Assembly: GCA_049599895.1 (NCBI GenBank)
Contig: JBMYPC010000010.1
Span: forward strand, 1-38,593
Direction of reading: 5' to 3'
DNA: 38,593 nt
Source: Bacteriovoracaceae bacterium
Lineage (GTDB): Bacteria; Bdellovibrionota; Bacteriovoracia; Bacteriovoracales; Bacteriovoracaceae
Position numbers and translations under genes: made by a program. The notes under the pieces are model-generated. The model ran no database searches, was not told the DNA's origin, and saw nothing but the letters and a program-made list of their open reading frames with translations. Position 1 is the stretch's first letter; each line of letters starts with the position of its first letter. Positions 10,227 to 19,363 of the stretch are shown here, piece after piece.

Positions 10227-11648
10227 ATGGAACTGCAAAAGTTTTATATTGATGGAAAATGGATCACTCCCAATTCAAATGAAACCTTTAACGTTATTAA
10301 TCCTGCCAGCGAAGAAAAGGTTGGAGAAATTATTCTTGGAAATCATGAAGATGTTGATCTTGCTGTGATTGCAGCAAATAAGGCCTTCGCAGAATATTCG
10401 AGATTCTCAAAAGAAAAGAGAATTTCTCTTTTAGAAAATCTTCTCGAACAAACAAAAAGAAGAATTGATGATCTTGCTGTTGCCATGAGTACTGAGATGG
10501 GGGCCCCCATGACTTTAGCCAGAGAATCTCAAGCCGAAGTGGGAATTGGTCACCTTGAGGCAATCATTGAATCATTAAAAGAGCAAGATGAAGAGTTCAC
10601 TTTAAAAAACGGCGACACCGTCGTTAGAGAACCTATTGGTGTCTGCGGTCTCATCACTCCTTGGAACTGGCCAATAAATCAAATCGTTCTCAAAGTGGCA
10701 CCTGCTCTTGCTGCTGGATGCACTTGTATCTTAAAGCCTTCTGAGTACACTCCCCTTTCTGCTAACATCTATGCTCAAATGATTCATGATGCTGGCTTTC
10801 CTCCAGGAGTTTTTAACCTTATCCATGGAGAGGGACCTATTGTAGGAGCAGCTCTATCAAAACATTCCGATATTCAAATGATGTCTTTTACAGGTTCCAC
10901 TCGTGCGGGAAAGGCCATCACTTGTGACGCCTCTGAAACCATTAAAAAAGTCACTCTTGAACTTGGTGGAAAGTCTCCGAATATTGTTTTTGATGATAGT
11001 GATCTTGAAAAAGCTGTGACTAATGCCCTTGAAGTTTGTTTTTGTAATACTGGTCAATCCTGTGACGCTCCCACAAGACTTCTCGTACAAAGATCGTGCT
11101 ATGACCAAGTGATTGAACTTTGTAAAACGATCGGCAATCAAACGAAACTAGGAGACCCTTCAAAAGAAGGCGATTTCTTAGGTCCTCTTTTTAATAAGAT
11201 TCAATTTGACCGCGTTCAGACTCTCATTCAAATGGGAATCGATGAAGGGGCCAAAGTCCTTATTGGAGGAACGGGAAAACCTGAAGGTTTTGAAATCGGT
11301 CATTACGTAAAGCCCACAATCTTTTTTGATGTCTCAAATGAAATGCAAATCGCGAGACAAGAAATTTTTGGCCCTGTTCTTGTCATCATTCCTTTTGAAG
11401 ATGAAGCTGAGGCCATTGAAATTGCCAATGACACTCCTTATGGACTTGCAGCTTATGTGCAAACCAATGATCTTGATAAGGCCAAAAGAGTCGCGCGAGC
11501 ATTAAGGGCCGGTTCAATTTATATAAATGGCGGCGTCTTTAACTACGGCTCACCATTTGGAGGATTCAAGCAATCCGGAAATGGTCGTGAAGGCGGGGAA
11601 TTTGGTCTTGAGGATTATCAAGAACTCAAATCTCTTCACTTTGGCTAA
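10227..11648 (+). CDS. NAD(P)-dependent aldehyde dehydrogenase
   Basis: ITPWNWP, FTGSTRAG, LELGGKSP, catalytic Cys in NTGQSC, EIFGPV. The ATG at 10227 follows an AAGGTG RBS. Confidence 0.93.
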   Translation: MELQKFYIDGKWITPNSNETFNVINPASEEKVGEIILGNHEDVDLAVIAANKAFAEYSRFSKEKRISLLENLLEQTKRRIDDLAVAMSTEMGAPMTLARESQAEVGIGHLEAIIESLKEQDEEFTLKNGDTVVREPIGVCGLITPWNWPINQIVLKVAPALAAGCTCILKPSEYTPLSANIYAQMIHDAGFPPGVFNLIHGEGPIVGAALSKHSDIQMMSFTGSTRAGKAITCDASETIKKVTLELGGKSPNIVFDDSDLEKAVTNALEVCFCNTGQSCDAPTRLLVQRSCYDQVIELCKTIGNQTKLGDPSKEGDFLGPLFNKIQFDRVQTLIQMGIDEGAKVLIGGTGKPEGFEIGHYVKPTIFFDVSNEMQIARQEIFGPVLVIIPFEDEAEAIEIANDTPYGLAAYVQTNDLDKAKRVARALRAGSIYINGGVFNYGSPFGGFKQSGNGREGGEFGLEDYQELKSLHFG

Positions 11649-12895
11649 AGAATTTCTTTTAAAGCATTGATGATTTTTTCTGTATCTTCTTTTGAGTTAT
11701 AAGGAGCAAAACTCACGCGAAGAACACCTTCTTTAGTATCGACCCCTAACCTTTCCATCATTCGAACACAGTCAAAATGACTTGGGCTTGCGGCGACGCC
11801 TTTTTCAGCAAGCTTGTCCGCAAGTTCACCTGGAGTCATAGAGTCTGGAATAAAAGCAATGTTTGTTTCTCTATTTTCCATCTTAGTACGACCAATCACT
11901 CTTACCGGCATACTATTAAGTTCGTTTAAAAAATCTCCACATTGAGACTGTTCATAATCAAAAAGAATCTTTGAAACAAGACTTGCTTTTTCTTTTAAGC
12001 TTTTTTGATCTTCTCCAAAGTGATGAAGATAAAGCTCTTCAATAAAATCTTTAAGTCCCGCAAGAGCTGCCACACAAGCATGATCATGCCCAGAGGAGTT
12101 GAGTTTATAGGAAGGGTCGTCTTCATAAAAATAATGACATTGAACTTTAAGAAGATCCATAAAGTCTTCTTTTACATAAAGAACTCCTTGATGAGTTCCA
12201 TAAGTTTTATAGGTGCTAAAGCCATAAGCATCTATATTAAGATCTAAGATATCTGGCCAATTATGAGGGGCATAGGAAACTCCATCCACAACAACTTTGG
12301 CCCCAACCGTTTTGGCCACTTCAACAATTTCTTTTATAGGATTGATTGTCCCCACCACATTTGAACAATGAGTAAGCGAAATCACTTTGGTTTTTTCATT
12401 AATAAGACTCTTGAGAGTTTCAACTTCTAACTCTCCTGTTTTTGAGTTCACAGGCCAAAGTGTAAACTTCGCCTTTGCATTCATAGCAGCTCTTTCCCAG
12501 CCACCAATATTCGCTTCATGATCTTGTTCTGAAATAATGAACTCATCGCCTTCTTTAACGTAGCCCACACAAGCAGCAGCGAGAGTATTAAAATTTTGTG
12601 TACTCGAAGCCCCAAGGGTTAAAGTTTTCACCGGTACTCCGAGGATGTCGGCAATCACTTGCGTTCCTTCATAGAGTTGATCATGGGCAGCTCTCGCTAG
12701 AGCATTGTGAGCATAGGGTTGAACTTTATTTTCTCGATAGAAATGAACTAGGCGATCGATCACTTGCCTACAGGGAAATGAGCCTCCGGCATTATCAAAA
12801 AACGACCACTCTTTTGATTTCCCTGTTTCAAAAAATGGAAACTGCTTACGAAAAAATTCAAAGTCGAGCTGATATTTATCACTCTCTGTATTCAT
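11645..12895 (-). CDS. Class V PLP-dependent aminotransferase / cysteine desulfurase-like protein
   Basis: FFDNAGGS, DHEANIG, VDGVSYAPH, and STYK with the PLP lysine. The ATG at 12895 follows GGAG. Confidence 0.9.
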   Translation of the reverse strand: MNTESDKYQLDFEFFRKQFPFFETGKSKEWSFFDNAGGSFPCRQVIDRLVHFYRENKVQPYAHNALARAAHDQLYEGTQVIADILGVPVKTLTLGASSTQNFNTLAAACVGYVKEGDEFIISEQDHEANIGGWERAAMNAKAKFTLWPVNSKTGELEVETLKSLINEKTKVISLTHCSNVVGTINPIKEIVEVAKTVGAKVVVDGVSYAPHNWPDILDLNIDAYGFSTYKTYGTHQGVLYVKEDFMDLLKVQCHYFYEDDPSYKLNSSGHDHACVAALAGLKDFIEELYLHHFGEDQKSLKEKASLVSKILFDYEQSQCGDFLNELNSMPVRVIGRTKMENRETNIAFIPDSMTPGELADKLAEKGVAASPSHFDCVRMMERLGVDTKEGVLRVSFAPYNSKEDTEKIINALKEIL

Positions 12896-13030
12896 GGGGA
12901 TCTCCAAAAAGCGTAATTTTCAGATATTCAACCATAACGACTAGGGTTTTTGCAGCTTAAAGCCGTCATTTCTTTGAATTTTGAGAAAAAGTTCGATAGC
13001 GTAAATGAGTTCATTTTTAAGGAGCCAGCT

Positions 13031-13822
13031 ATGATCGCCTCAATTGACGAAGGACAAAAGTGTATCGAGACAGAGGGTTTTGTTGTCATTAAGGACCTTT
13101 GCCCTGAACAGATGAGAAACAACTTCCTCGAGGTCACTAAAACAAAGCTTGAAGAGTCACTCGCCGCACTTGAAGGAAAAGAAATTGGTATTGGCTCAGC
13201 TCAAGGTTATAAAGAAATCGTGCAGCGCTCCAGAGGACGTTGGGATGTCCCAATTGATCTAAAAGAATTTAATGTAGACGGCAAAAGTCTTCCTTGGTGG
13301 CCCGTTGTGGCCGATGTTTTAGGAGAAGATGCTGAAGTTGTCTTTCAAGGTGTCGTCTCATCTGAGCCCAGTAGCCCGGACCAAGAATGGCATATTGATT
13401 CTCCTCACACAGACTCCGAACACGGCCCAGCAAACATTTTAAATGTTCTTATTGCATTAGAAGATATCCCTCTTGAGATGGGGCCAACAGAACTTGCCAA
13501 AGGTTCACACTTTCACACCAACCATTTTAAGAACCCTAAAATCGTTGTGGATCATCTTGTCTATCAACACGTTGGAACGAATCCTAGTAGCTTGTTAACT
13601 GAAGAGAATAAAGATGAATCGCCTTCATGGACAACAGCAATGCCTGCAGGTGCAGTACTCATATTCGATGATCGGACTCTTCATCGAGGACGTGGAAATC
13701 ACTCAAATAAGTTTCGTCATGTTGCGTATTTTTCCTACAAAAGAAATGACTACGATGGAAACACTTATTTTGAGACTGAAAGATCCCTCTCATCACCGAA
13801 ATGGCCAATGACATTTCCTTGA
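13031..13822 (+). CDS. PhyH-family Fe(II)/2-oxoglutarate dioxygenase
   Basis: QEWHID (HxD), GPTELAKGSH and LHRGRGN. AAGGAG precedes the ATG at 13031. Confidence 0.85.
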   Translation: MIASIDEGQKCIETEGFVVIKDLCPEQMRNNFLEVTKTKLEESLAALEGKEIGIGSAQGYKEIVQRSRGRWDVPIDLKEFNVDGKSLPWWPVVADVLGEDAEVVFQGVVSSEPSSPDQEWHIDSPHTDSEHGPANILNVLIALEDIPLEMGPTELAKGSHFHTNHFKNPKIVVDHLVYQHVGTNPSSLLTEENKDESPSWTTAMPAGAVLIFDDRTLHRGRGNHSNKFRHVAYFSYKRNDYDGNTYFETERSLSSPKWPMTFP

Positions 13823-13858
13823 GAAGTTACGCTTAAAGTATTAGACTTTATGAAGGCG

Positions 13859-13990
13859 TATAATTCACACCTCCCCCCTTCAAAGGGAAAGCACTAGAGT
13901 GCAGAATTCGATTCAAAACAATCATCTAACCTTTAATAATGAGGATTAGCAGAAGAAGGGAATGTTTTTATCTCAGCTTGGAGGTATCAG
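13859..13990 (+). promoter_or_regulatory. -10 box and structured 5' leader with an anti-Shine-Dalgarno sequence
   Basis: TATAAT at 13859-13864. ACCTCC (13869-13874) is complementary to the RBS GGAGGT (13980-13985). Several internal stems. Confidence 0.5.
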
Positions 13991-14791
13991 ATGAAATTAT
14001 CATCACCAATTTATGTTTTAAAAAGTAAGGCAAAGGCCCTTAAAAAAACTGAAGGCATTACGATGGCAGCAGCTTTAGACCGAGTTGCAACTGAAGAGGG
14101 TTGCAATTCTTGGTCACTTTTAATGTCAAAAACAGAAGATCTTTTTCCTCAAAAATACAGTGAGCTTTTAGACTTTTTTAATGATGGTGATCTCGTGGTG
14201 GTTGGATCGAGGCCAGGCATAGGAAAAACGAGTTTCACCATAGGACTTTTTGTCCAAGCAATCGAAAGGAAAAGAGCTAAAAGTTTTTGTTTTACTCTCT
14301 CTGAGACTCATAAAGATATCGCGAGAAGAATCGCAAGCTATAATCAAGAAATAGGTCACAATGAGGAATTATTCAGTCTTAATTACTCAAACGATATCTG
14401 TGCAGATTACATCATTTCAGAGACTGAAAAGTACGTAAGCCCTGGTTCGGTTATCATTGTCGACTACTTACAACTACTTGATGAAAAAAGAGAGAACCCA
14501 TCACTTCAAGAACAGGTGCTTAAACTCAAAACTTTTTCAAAGAAAACGGGGACCATTATTCTCTTCTTATCTCAAATCGACAGAGAAATAGAGTATCGCT
14601 CAGACAAACGCCCCACGATTGAAGATTTACGTCTACCGAATCCTCTTGATCTTGGTTTATTCAATAAAGGTCTTTTCCTCTATAGAGAAAGCAAAGATTC
14701 AAAAGAGGTTGAAGTTAATATGAGTGGAAAGACGAAATGTTCTTTTCGGGTTGGCTGGAATTCAAAAGAAGTTAGTTTTTTTGATTTGTAA
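13991..14791 (+). CDS. Short DnaB-like helicase C-terminal domain ATPase
   Basis: Walker A GSRPGIGKT, VDYLQLLD, LSQIDR, RPTIEDLR. It has a short N-terminal MKLSSPIYVLK...SWSLL module and lacks the DnaB N-domain. Confidence 0.85.
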   Translation: MKLSSPIYVLKSKAKALKKTEGITMAAALDRVATEEGCNSWSLLMSKTEDLFPQKYSELLDFFNDGDLVVVGSRPGIGKTSFTIGLFVQAIERKRAKSFCFTLSETHKDIARRIASYNQEIGHNEELFSLNYSNDICADYIISETEKYVSPGSVIIVDYLQLLDEKRENPSLQEQVLKLKTFSKKTGTIILFLSQIDREIEYRSDKRPTIEDLRLPNPLDLGLFNKGLFLYRESKDSKEVEVNMSGKTKCSFRVGWNSKEVSFFDL

Positions 14792-14838
14792 AAATAAAAG
14801 GCAGTGAGAACTTTATTTTTCCAATGAAGCGCAATGAA

Positions 14839-14901
14839 GTACGTGGTTACCTTTGGGACAACATGCATCTAACGTGGTTAGTCCCATAAGTAACCACGTA
14901 C
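14839..14901. repeat. REP-like imperfect palindrome
   Basis: GTACGTGGTTAC-CTTTGGGAC ... GTCCCATAA-GTAACCACGTAC, with a third ACGTGGTTA copy in the loop. Confidence 0.8.
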
Positions 14902-14957
14902 CTAGTTTCCAATTAGACAACCTATGCGAGCTTGGGACTTCTTGATAAGTTATTATT

Positions 14958-15380
14958 ATGAACAGACACCAAAAGTTTTCATTTCTCCTCTGGCTCATTG
15001 CTGTGATCGCAACTCTTGGGAGCCTTTTTTTCAGCGAAGTTATGGAGTTTCCACCTTGCGCCCTTTGCTGGTACCAAAGAATTGCCATGTATCCCTTGGT
15101 GATTCTCTTTTTTGTTGGATCCTCAAAAGATCCTAGGATAACTTTTAGTTTTACGGCCCCCTTTGTGGCCATCGGTTGGCTTACTGCTCTTTATCACAAT
15201 CTTCTTCATTACGAGATCGTTCCTGAAAAAGCGTCTCCCTGTAGAGAAGGAATCTCATGTGCCACAGTTTATATTGATTGGTTTGGTTTTATCACTATTC
15301 CCATGCTCTCATTCATCGCCTTTACTCTCATGGCGATAATTTTGTTTTTCTTAAGAAAGGATTATTTAAATGAAAGATAA
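14958..15380 (+). CDS. dsbB: Disulfide bond formation protein B (BdbC-like)
   Basis: PCALCWYQRIAMYP, a second Cys pair and four TM helices. Confidence 0.92.
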   Translation: MNRHQKFSFLLWLIAVIATLGSLFFSEVMEFPPCALCWYQRIAMYPLVILFFVGSSKDPRITFSFTAPFVAIGWLTALYHNLLHYEIVPEKASPCREGISCATVYIDWFGFITIPMLSFIAFTLMAIILFFLRKDYLNER

Positions 15381-16026
15381 ACTCTATATCTATATCGGCT
15401 CCCTTGCACTTTTAGTTTCCTTTTTTATTATCGGCTCTCATTTTTATAAGAAGTCCCAAGGAGAACAATTTGAACAAGTTGTTGATGCTAACAAGAATGT
15501 CTTCGTTCGAGAACACTCTCCTCGATTTGGTGATCCAAAAGCTGAAGTGATTATTACTGAATTCCTTGATCCAGAATGTGAGAGTTGTCGAGCCGCATAT
15601 CCTGGAGTCAAAGAACTTTTAAAAGAATACGAAGGCAAGGTTCAACTAGTCGTAAGGTTCGCTCCTTTTCATGCAAACTCAAAGCATGCCATTAAAGTCT
15701 TAAATGCCACACGAAAACAAAATAAGTTTTGGGAATCTCTCGAACATCTCTTTTATTATCAAAAAGTCTGGGCCGATCACCATAACCCCAAACCAGAGAT
15801 GGTCTATAAGCTCCTTCCTAAAGTTGGCGTTGATATCGAAAAGCTCAAAGAAGATATGAAAGATCCTTCACTTGATAAACTTATTGAACAAGATCTTGAA
15901 GATTTAAGAATGCTCAACGTGAAGGCCACCCCTACATTTTTTGTTAACGGTAAGCCTCTTGAAGACTATGGACTTAAGTTTCTTCAGGATCTCGTCAAGG
16001 CTGAAGTTTCACGGATCTATAACTAA
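15370..16026 (+). CDS. dsbA: DsbA-family thiol-disulfide oxidoreductase (BdbD-like)
   Basis: N-terminal anchor, EFLDPECESC (CxxC) and ATPTFFVNG cis-Pro. Overlaps dsbB. Confidence 0.9.
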   Translation: MKDKLYIYIGSLALLVSFFIIGSHFYKKSQGEQFEQVVDANKNVFVREHSPRFGDPKAEVIITEFLDPECESCRAAYPGVKELLKEYEGKVQLVVRFAPFHANSKHAIKVLNATRKQNKFWESLEHLFYYQKVWADHHNPKPEMVYKLLPKVGVDIEKLKEDMKDPSLDKLIEQDLEDLRMLNVKATPTFFVNGKPLEDYGLKFLQDLVKAEVSRIYN

Positions 16027-16033
16027 TTCTTGT

Positions 16034-16474
16034 TCAATATAGCTCAATTTTAGAATAGCCAACAATAGGAGTTTTAACGGCTCGCCCTTTAACAATCTTC
16101 TCTTTAGTTGTAATAGCACCAATGGATTCGTAAAAATTGATAATTCTATTTAGATTTGCCGTATCTTTATCCATAATATTGGCCAGCTCATAGATTGAAT
16201 TAAGTCTAAACACCTGAATAGCAGTTAATACATCAATATGATTAATGAATTTTCGAAACTCTTTCATATCAGTAAAAGCGATCTCGTAATGAGAGGTTGC
16301 CTTTTTTTTGTTTTTCTTTACATCTTTAAAAGCCTTCTTTGCATCTGATAAAAGTGTAGATGTCGATTTTACTGAAATCACTAATTTTTTTCATCCAAAT
16401 GACATGAGGGTTTTTGGGGTAATGATTCTCCATTAATACTTTTCGATTAGTTTTAGTATCAATGAAAATGAGAG
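16034..16474 (-). pseudogene. Degraded duplicate of the DUF6516 toxin / HVO_A0114-like antitoxin pair
   Basis: Near-identical to 21013-21534. It has an internal deletion, one extra A after the antitoxin ATG, an altered C-terminus (KIELY vs KIELDLAA), and lacks the toxin 5' half. Confidence 0.88.
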
Positions 16475-16620
16475 TTAGTTTTCTAATAGTAGACTTTGCA
16501 GAAACTTTATTTTTTGTACTCATGGTGATTACCCTCCAAAAGTGTTAAATTGCTGATCTTGAAAGTATGCTGCAAAGGTGTACTCTTTTGAATTTATAGT
16601 TTCACAAAAAACACCCGTAT

Positions 16621-16706
16621 TTCCGCCATTATTCAAGTGGCGGGAATATGGCGGATATTGGTGAGCATATCCGCACATTGACAGTGGCGGATACTTGGCG
16701 GATAAT
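16621..16706 (+). promoter_or_regulatory. Sigma70 promoter embedded in TGGCGG(A) repeats
   Basis: TTGACA (16678-16683), 17-nt spacer, GATAAT (16701-16706). Six TGGCGG-type boxes in both orientations. Confidence 0.75.
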
Positions 16707-16725
16707 GAGTGCTCTAAGAAGTATT

Positions 16726-17748
16726 ATGAACTATAACACCTTAAATTTACAAGATATTCCATATAGCTTTGAATATACAGATGAGCTGGTTAAAAACCTA
16801 ATGAGAATTGCAGAGTGCAGACCATTTTTCTTGGATCATTTAAGAAACCTCTGCAGCTTACACTTCTAAGAAACGCGAAAGTTAGGGCCATTACATACTC
16901 TAAATGAAAAACAAGTTGCTGATTTAGTTTCTATAAAAAATAAAAAAATTAGTAGCGATGAGATGAGAGAGATTCATAATTATTCAGATGCTCTAGATTA
17001 CGCTGAAAAAATAGCTATCGATCAAAGACCTTTTAAAGTGAGTGACTTTTGTGACCTTCAAAGGCTTATTACAAATGGATTAATTCAGGAGGGCCAGCTT
17101 GGAAGACTTAGGACAATACCTGTCTCGATTGTTAATTCTTCAACTGGAGATATTATTGATATCTGCCCTGAGCCTCATTACTTAAAATCTGCTGTAGAGG
17201 AGTTATGGGAATGGCTAGATGATAGCAGGTCAATGAATCCATTTGTTCGAGCGTTTGCTTTTCATTTTATGGCCGTCGCTGTTCACCCTTTTGCTGATGG
17301 TAATGGGAGAAGTTGCAGACTCACGCAGCATTTACTTCTTTTAAATTCAGCAGAAGAGATTGCTAGGTATGTTCCTTCTGAAACAGTGATTATGAATAAT
17401 AGAGATGAGTATTACACTACTATTAGACAAACAAAAAAACTAGGAAAGCTTAATCCAATACTAGAGTAAACCTAAACGTTTCTTTCAAGATGTTTTGCTG
17501 AATCAGCTGAGACTATTACACAAGAAGCAAAGTTGATAATTAAAAATAGTGAACAATCACCGCGGGCACGTCAGAAAAGAATCTTAGAGTTGTTTAAAAT
17601 AAAAAAAGAAATAAAAACTTCTGACGTTGTAGGTGCTCTACCTGAAGTTTCTAGAAGAACTCTTGAAAGAGATTTAGAAAACTTATGTAAAGATAATCAA
17701 ATTATTGCGATTGGAGAAAAAAAGGCCCGAGTTTATAGGTTAAAATAG
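16726..17748 (+). pseudogene. fic: Fic-family protein with a C-terminal winged HTH, disrupted
   Basis: HPFADGNGRSCR Fic motif. The N-terminus is frameshifted near 16850-16905. In-frame stops at about 17467-17475 separate off the DeoR-like SRRTLERDLENL domain. Confidence 0.88.
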
Positions 17749-17900
17749 AACAGGAGAGCATTGATATGCCAAAAAAATTAACGAAAGTAGATAAGTGGAT
17801 TAAACGAGAAACAGATCACAAGCAGTAATAATAGCGAGGGTCATCCCACTCCATCTCATTAAAGCTATAGATAAATCTACTGATCGAGCAATTTCATCCA

Positions 17901-18212
17901 TCAAGCTGCGTCCTTTAATTTTTCAATTTTTTTAATTAAAGAGTTATAACCTTTCATAGCTTTAATCCCATTTGGAAAAAGTAAACTCTCAACCCTAGTT
18001 CCATATAACACAGAAAACTTTGCAGCTAATTCGACTCCAAGGTTACGTTTATCATTCTCAAGTGCTGAAAGATTTGACACTGAGATTCCAATAGCATTTG
18101 AAACATCTTTTTGAGTGTATCCAAAACGCATACGCATGGCCTTAAGTATTTTTCCGGATGTTAATTTTACTTTATCAATAGATCCCACAAAGACCTCCTT
18201 ATTCATAATCAT
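17901..18212 (-). CDS. XRE-family HTH antitoxin (HigA-like)
   Basis: LKAMRMRFGYTQKDVSNAIGISVSNLSALENDKR. Overlaps the upstream toxin gene. Confidence 0.82.
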   Translation of the reverse strand: MIMNKEVFVGSIDKVKLTSGKILKAMRMRFGYTQKDVSNAIGISVSNLSALENDKRNLGVELAAKFSVLYGTRVESLLFPNGIKAMKGYNSLIKKIEKLKDAA

Positions 18213-18510
18213 GATCTGGCGTAATCTTAATCACTTTCACCACAATCTTGTTCTTATAGTATTTATAAATTAGCCTTCCACCAGTTTGATTAAGCACTAT
18301 CGATCTTTCCCCTTGCCTTTTCCCTGAGAGTTTATGATCTTCGAGTGATCTAGCAAATGAAGATTCGATATATTCTTCATATCCAAGCTCTTGAATCTCA
18401 ATTTTCCAATAAGCAATTAAATCCCTAACTTCCTTGGCGAACCTCCCAGATTTAATATCTTTATCCAGTTGGGATTGAATAGCATCGTTAATTTCAACCT
18501 TGGTTATCAT
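18199..18510 (-). CDS. RelE/HigB-like mRNA interferase toxin
   Basis: DHKLSGKRQGERSIVLNQTGGRLIY...HDY and toxin-first order. The likely start is ATG 18510. Confidence 0.75.
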   Translation of the reverse strand: MITKVEINDAIQSQLDKDIKSGRFAKEVRDLIAYWKIEIQELGYEEYIESSFARSLEDHKLSGKRQGERSIVLNQTGGRLIYKYYKNKIVVKVIKITPDHDYE

Positions 18511-18517
18511 ACGCGAA

Positions 18518-18546
18518 AACTTATCACGAAAGATAACATGAGTCAA
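18518..18546 (-). promoter_or_regulatory. Sigma70 promoter with operator for the HigBA-like operon (leaderless)
   Basis: TTGACT-17-TAAGTT with extended TG, 7 nt before the ATG. TTATC-N6-GATAA palindrome at 18521-18536. Confidence 0.65.
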
Positions 18547-18607
18547 TCTATTTTTATATATAGTTGGCTCACACTTACCAGTGCCTTTATTCCTAAATTT
18601 GAGAAAA

Positions 18608-18661
18608 TCGGAATAATTCCGACCAATCGAACTTATCTAACCAAAGTCGGAACTTTTCCGA
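18608..18661. promoter_or_regulatory. Tandem palindromic operators TCGGAA-N3-TTCCGA
   Basis: TCGGAATAATTCCGA (18608-18622) and TCGGAACTTTTCCGA (18647-18661), just upstream of the HTH gene. Confidence 0.75.
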
Positions 18662-18671
18662 GAAAGAGGGC

Positions 18672-18965
18672 ATGGAATTAAGATTATCGAAAGTATTAAA
18701 AAGAGAGTAAAAAAACCTAAAGCTAAAAGAAGTTAGTGAGGCCACTGATATAAGTATTTCTCTTCTCTCCGACTGGAAAGAAGGACGTCTTCCTAATGGT
18801 AAAAATCTACCGAAACTTCAGCTTCTCGCTGACTATTTGGATTTAACTTTATCTCAGCTTTTATTCAGCAAAAAAGAACAAGACTCAACGGCAATAACGC
18901 TTCAATCGACCCAATTTCGTGACGGTGAAAACCAATATCGAATTATTATTGAAAAACTTAAATAA
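18672..18965 (+). pseudogene. XRE HTH regulator, copy 1, with an internal stop
   Basis: MELRLSKVLKRE*KNLKLKEVSEATDISISLLSDWKEGRLPNG...IEKLK, with TAA at 18708-18710. Paralogue of 21820-22101. Confidence 0.88.
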
Positions 18966-18974
18966 GGAGGACTC

Positions 18975-19363
18975 ATGGCTAAATATATAATTTTTTTGAT
19001 CACATTTTTATCTTTCTCTATCTTTGCAGAGGGTAACAAGACAAGATTCCCTGCACCTTTTGTAAAAATGGCAATCGATGGAATTAAAGACTACCCAGAA
19101 GTAGTAGATGCCGCCGTAAACCACAAGAGTAATGAGATTAACCTCGTCGTAGTTGTGAGAGAAGGGATTTCAACAGCAAAGGCTAAGGAGATGGGAGATA
19201 ACTTTCTTCGATGCTAATGGCCAACTCAATGGGCATCGAAAATTCTCCCAATAAACTAATCGGTCCAACCAAATTTTCCTATATAATTGGAGTATATGAT
19301 TCAAAAGAAAATAGGATCGCTATGGGAGCAAAGTCTGCTGTGGCAAGAAGTATAAAAAAGTAA
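18975..19363 (+). pseudogene. Secreted protein of unknown family, copy 1, frameshifted
   Basis: Homologous to 22111-22557. After GDNFLR a 1-nt shift restores LMANSMGIENSPNKLIGPTKFSYIIGVY...AMGAKSAVAR. Confidence 0.85.

Noticed and set aside
13991..14791. Replicative helicase dnaB
   Set aside because: Only 266 aa and lacks the N-terminal primase-binding domain.
16621..16706. Possible CRISPR array
   Set aside because: The repeats are only 6-10 bp, occur in both orientations and have no spacers. There are no cas genes.
17766..17828. 20-aa ORF MPKKLTKVDKWIKRETDHKQ with an AGGAG RBS
   Set aside because: Probably the stub of a deleted gene. Too short to assign.
18708..18710. Stop-codon recoding in island genes
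   Set aside because: The stops arise from different lesions (point change, 12-bp deletion, 12-bp insertion) alongside frameshifts, and TAA ends normal genes here.
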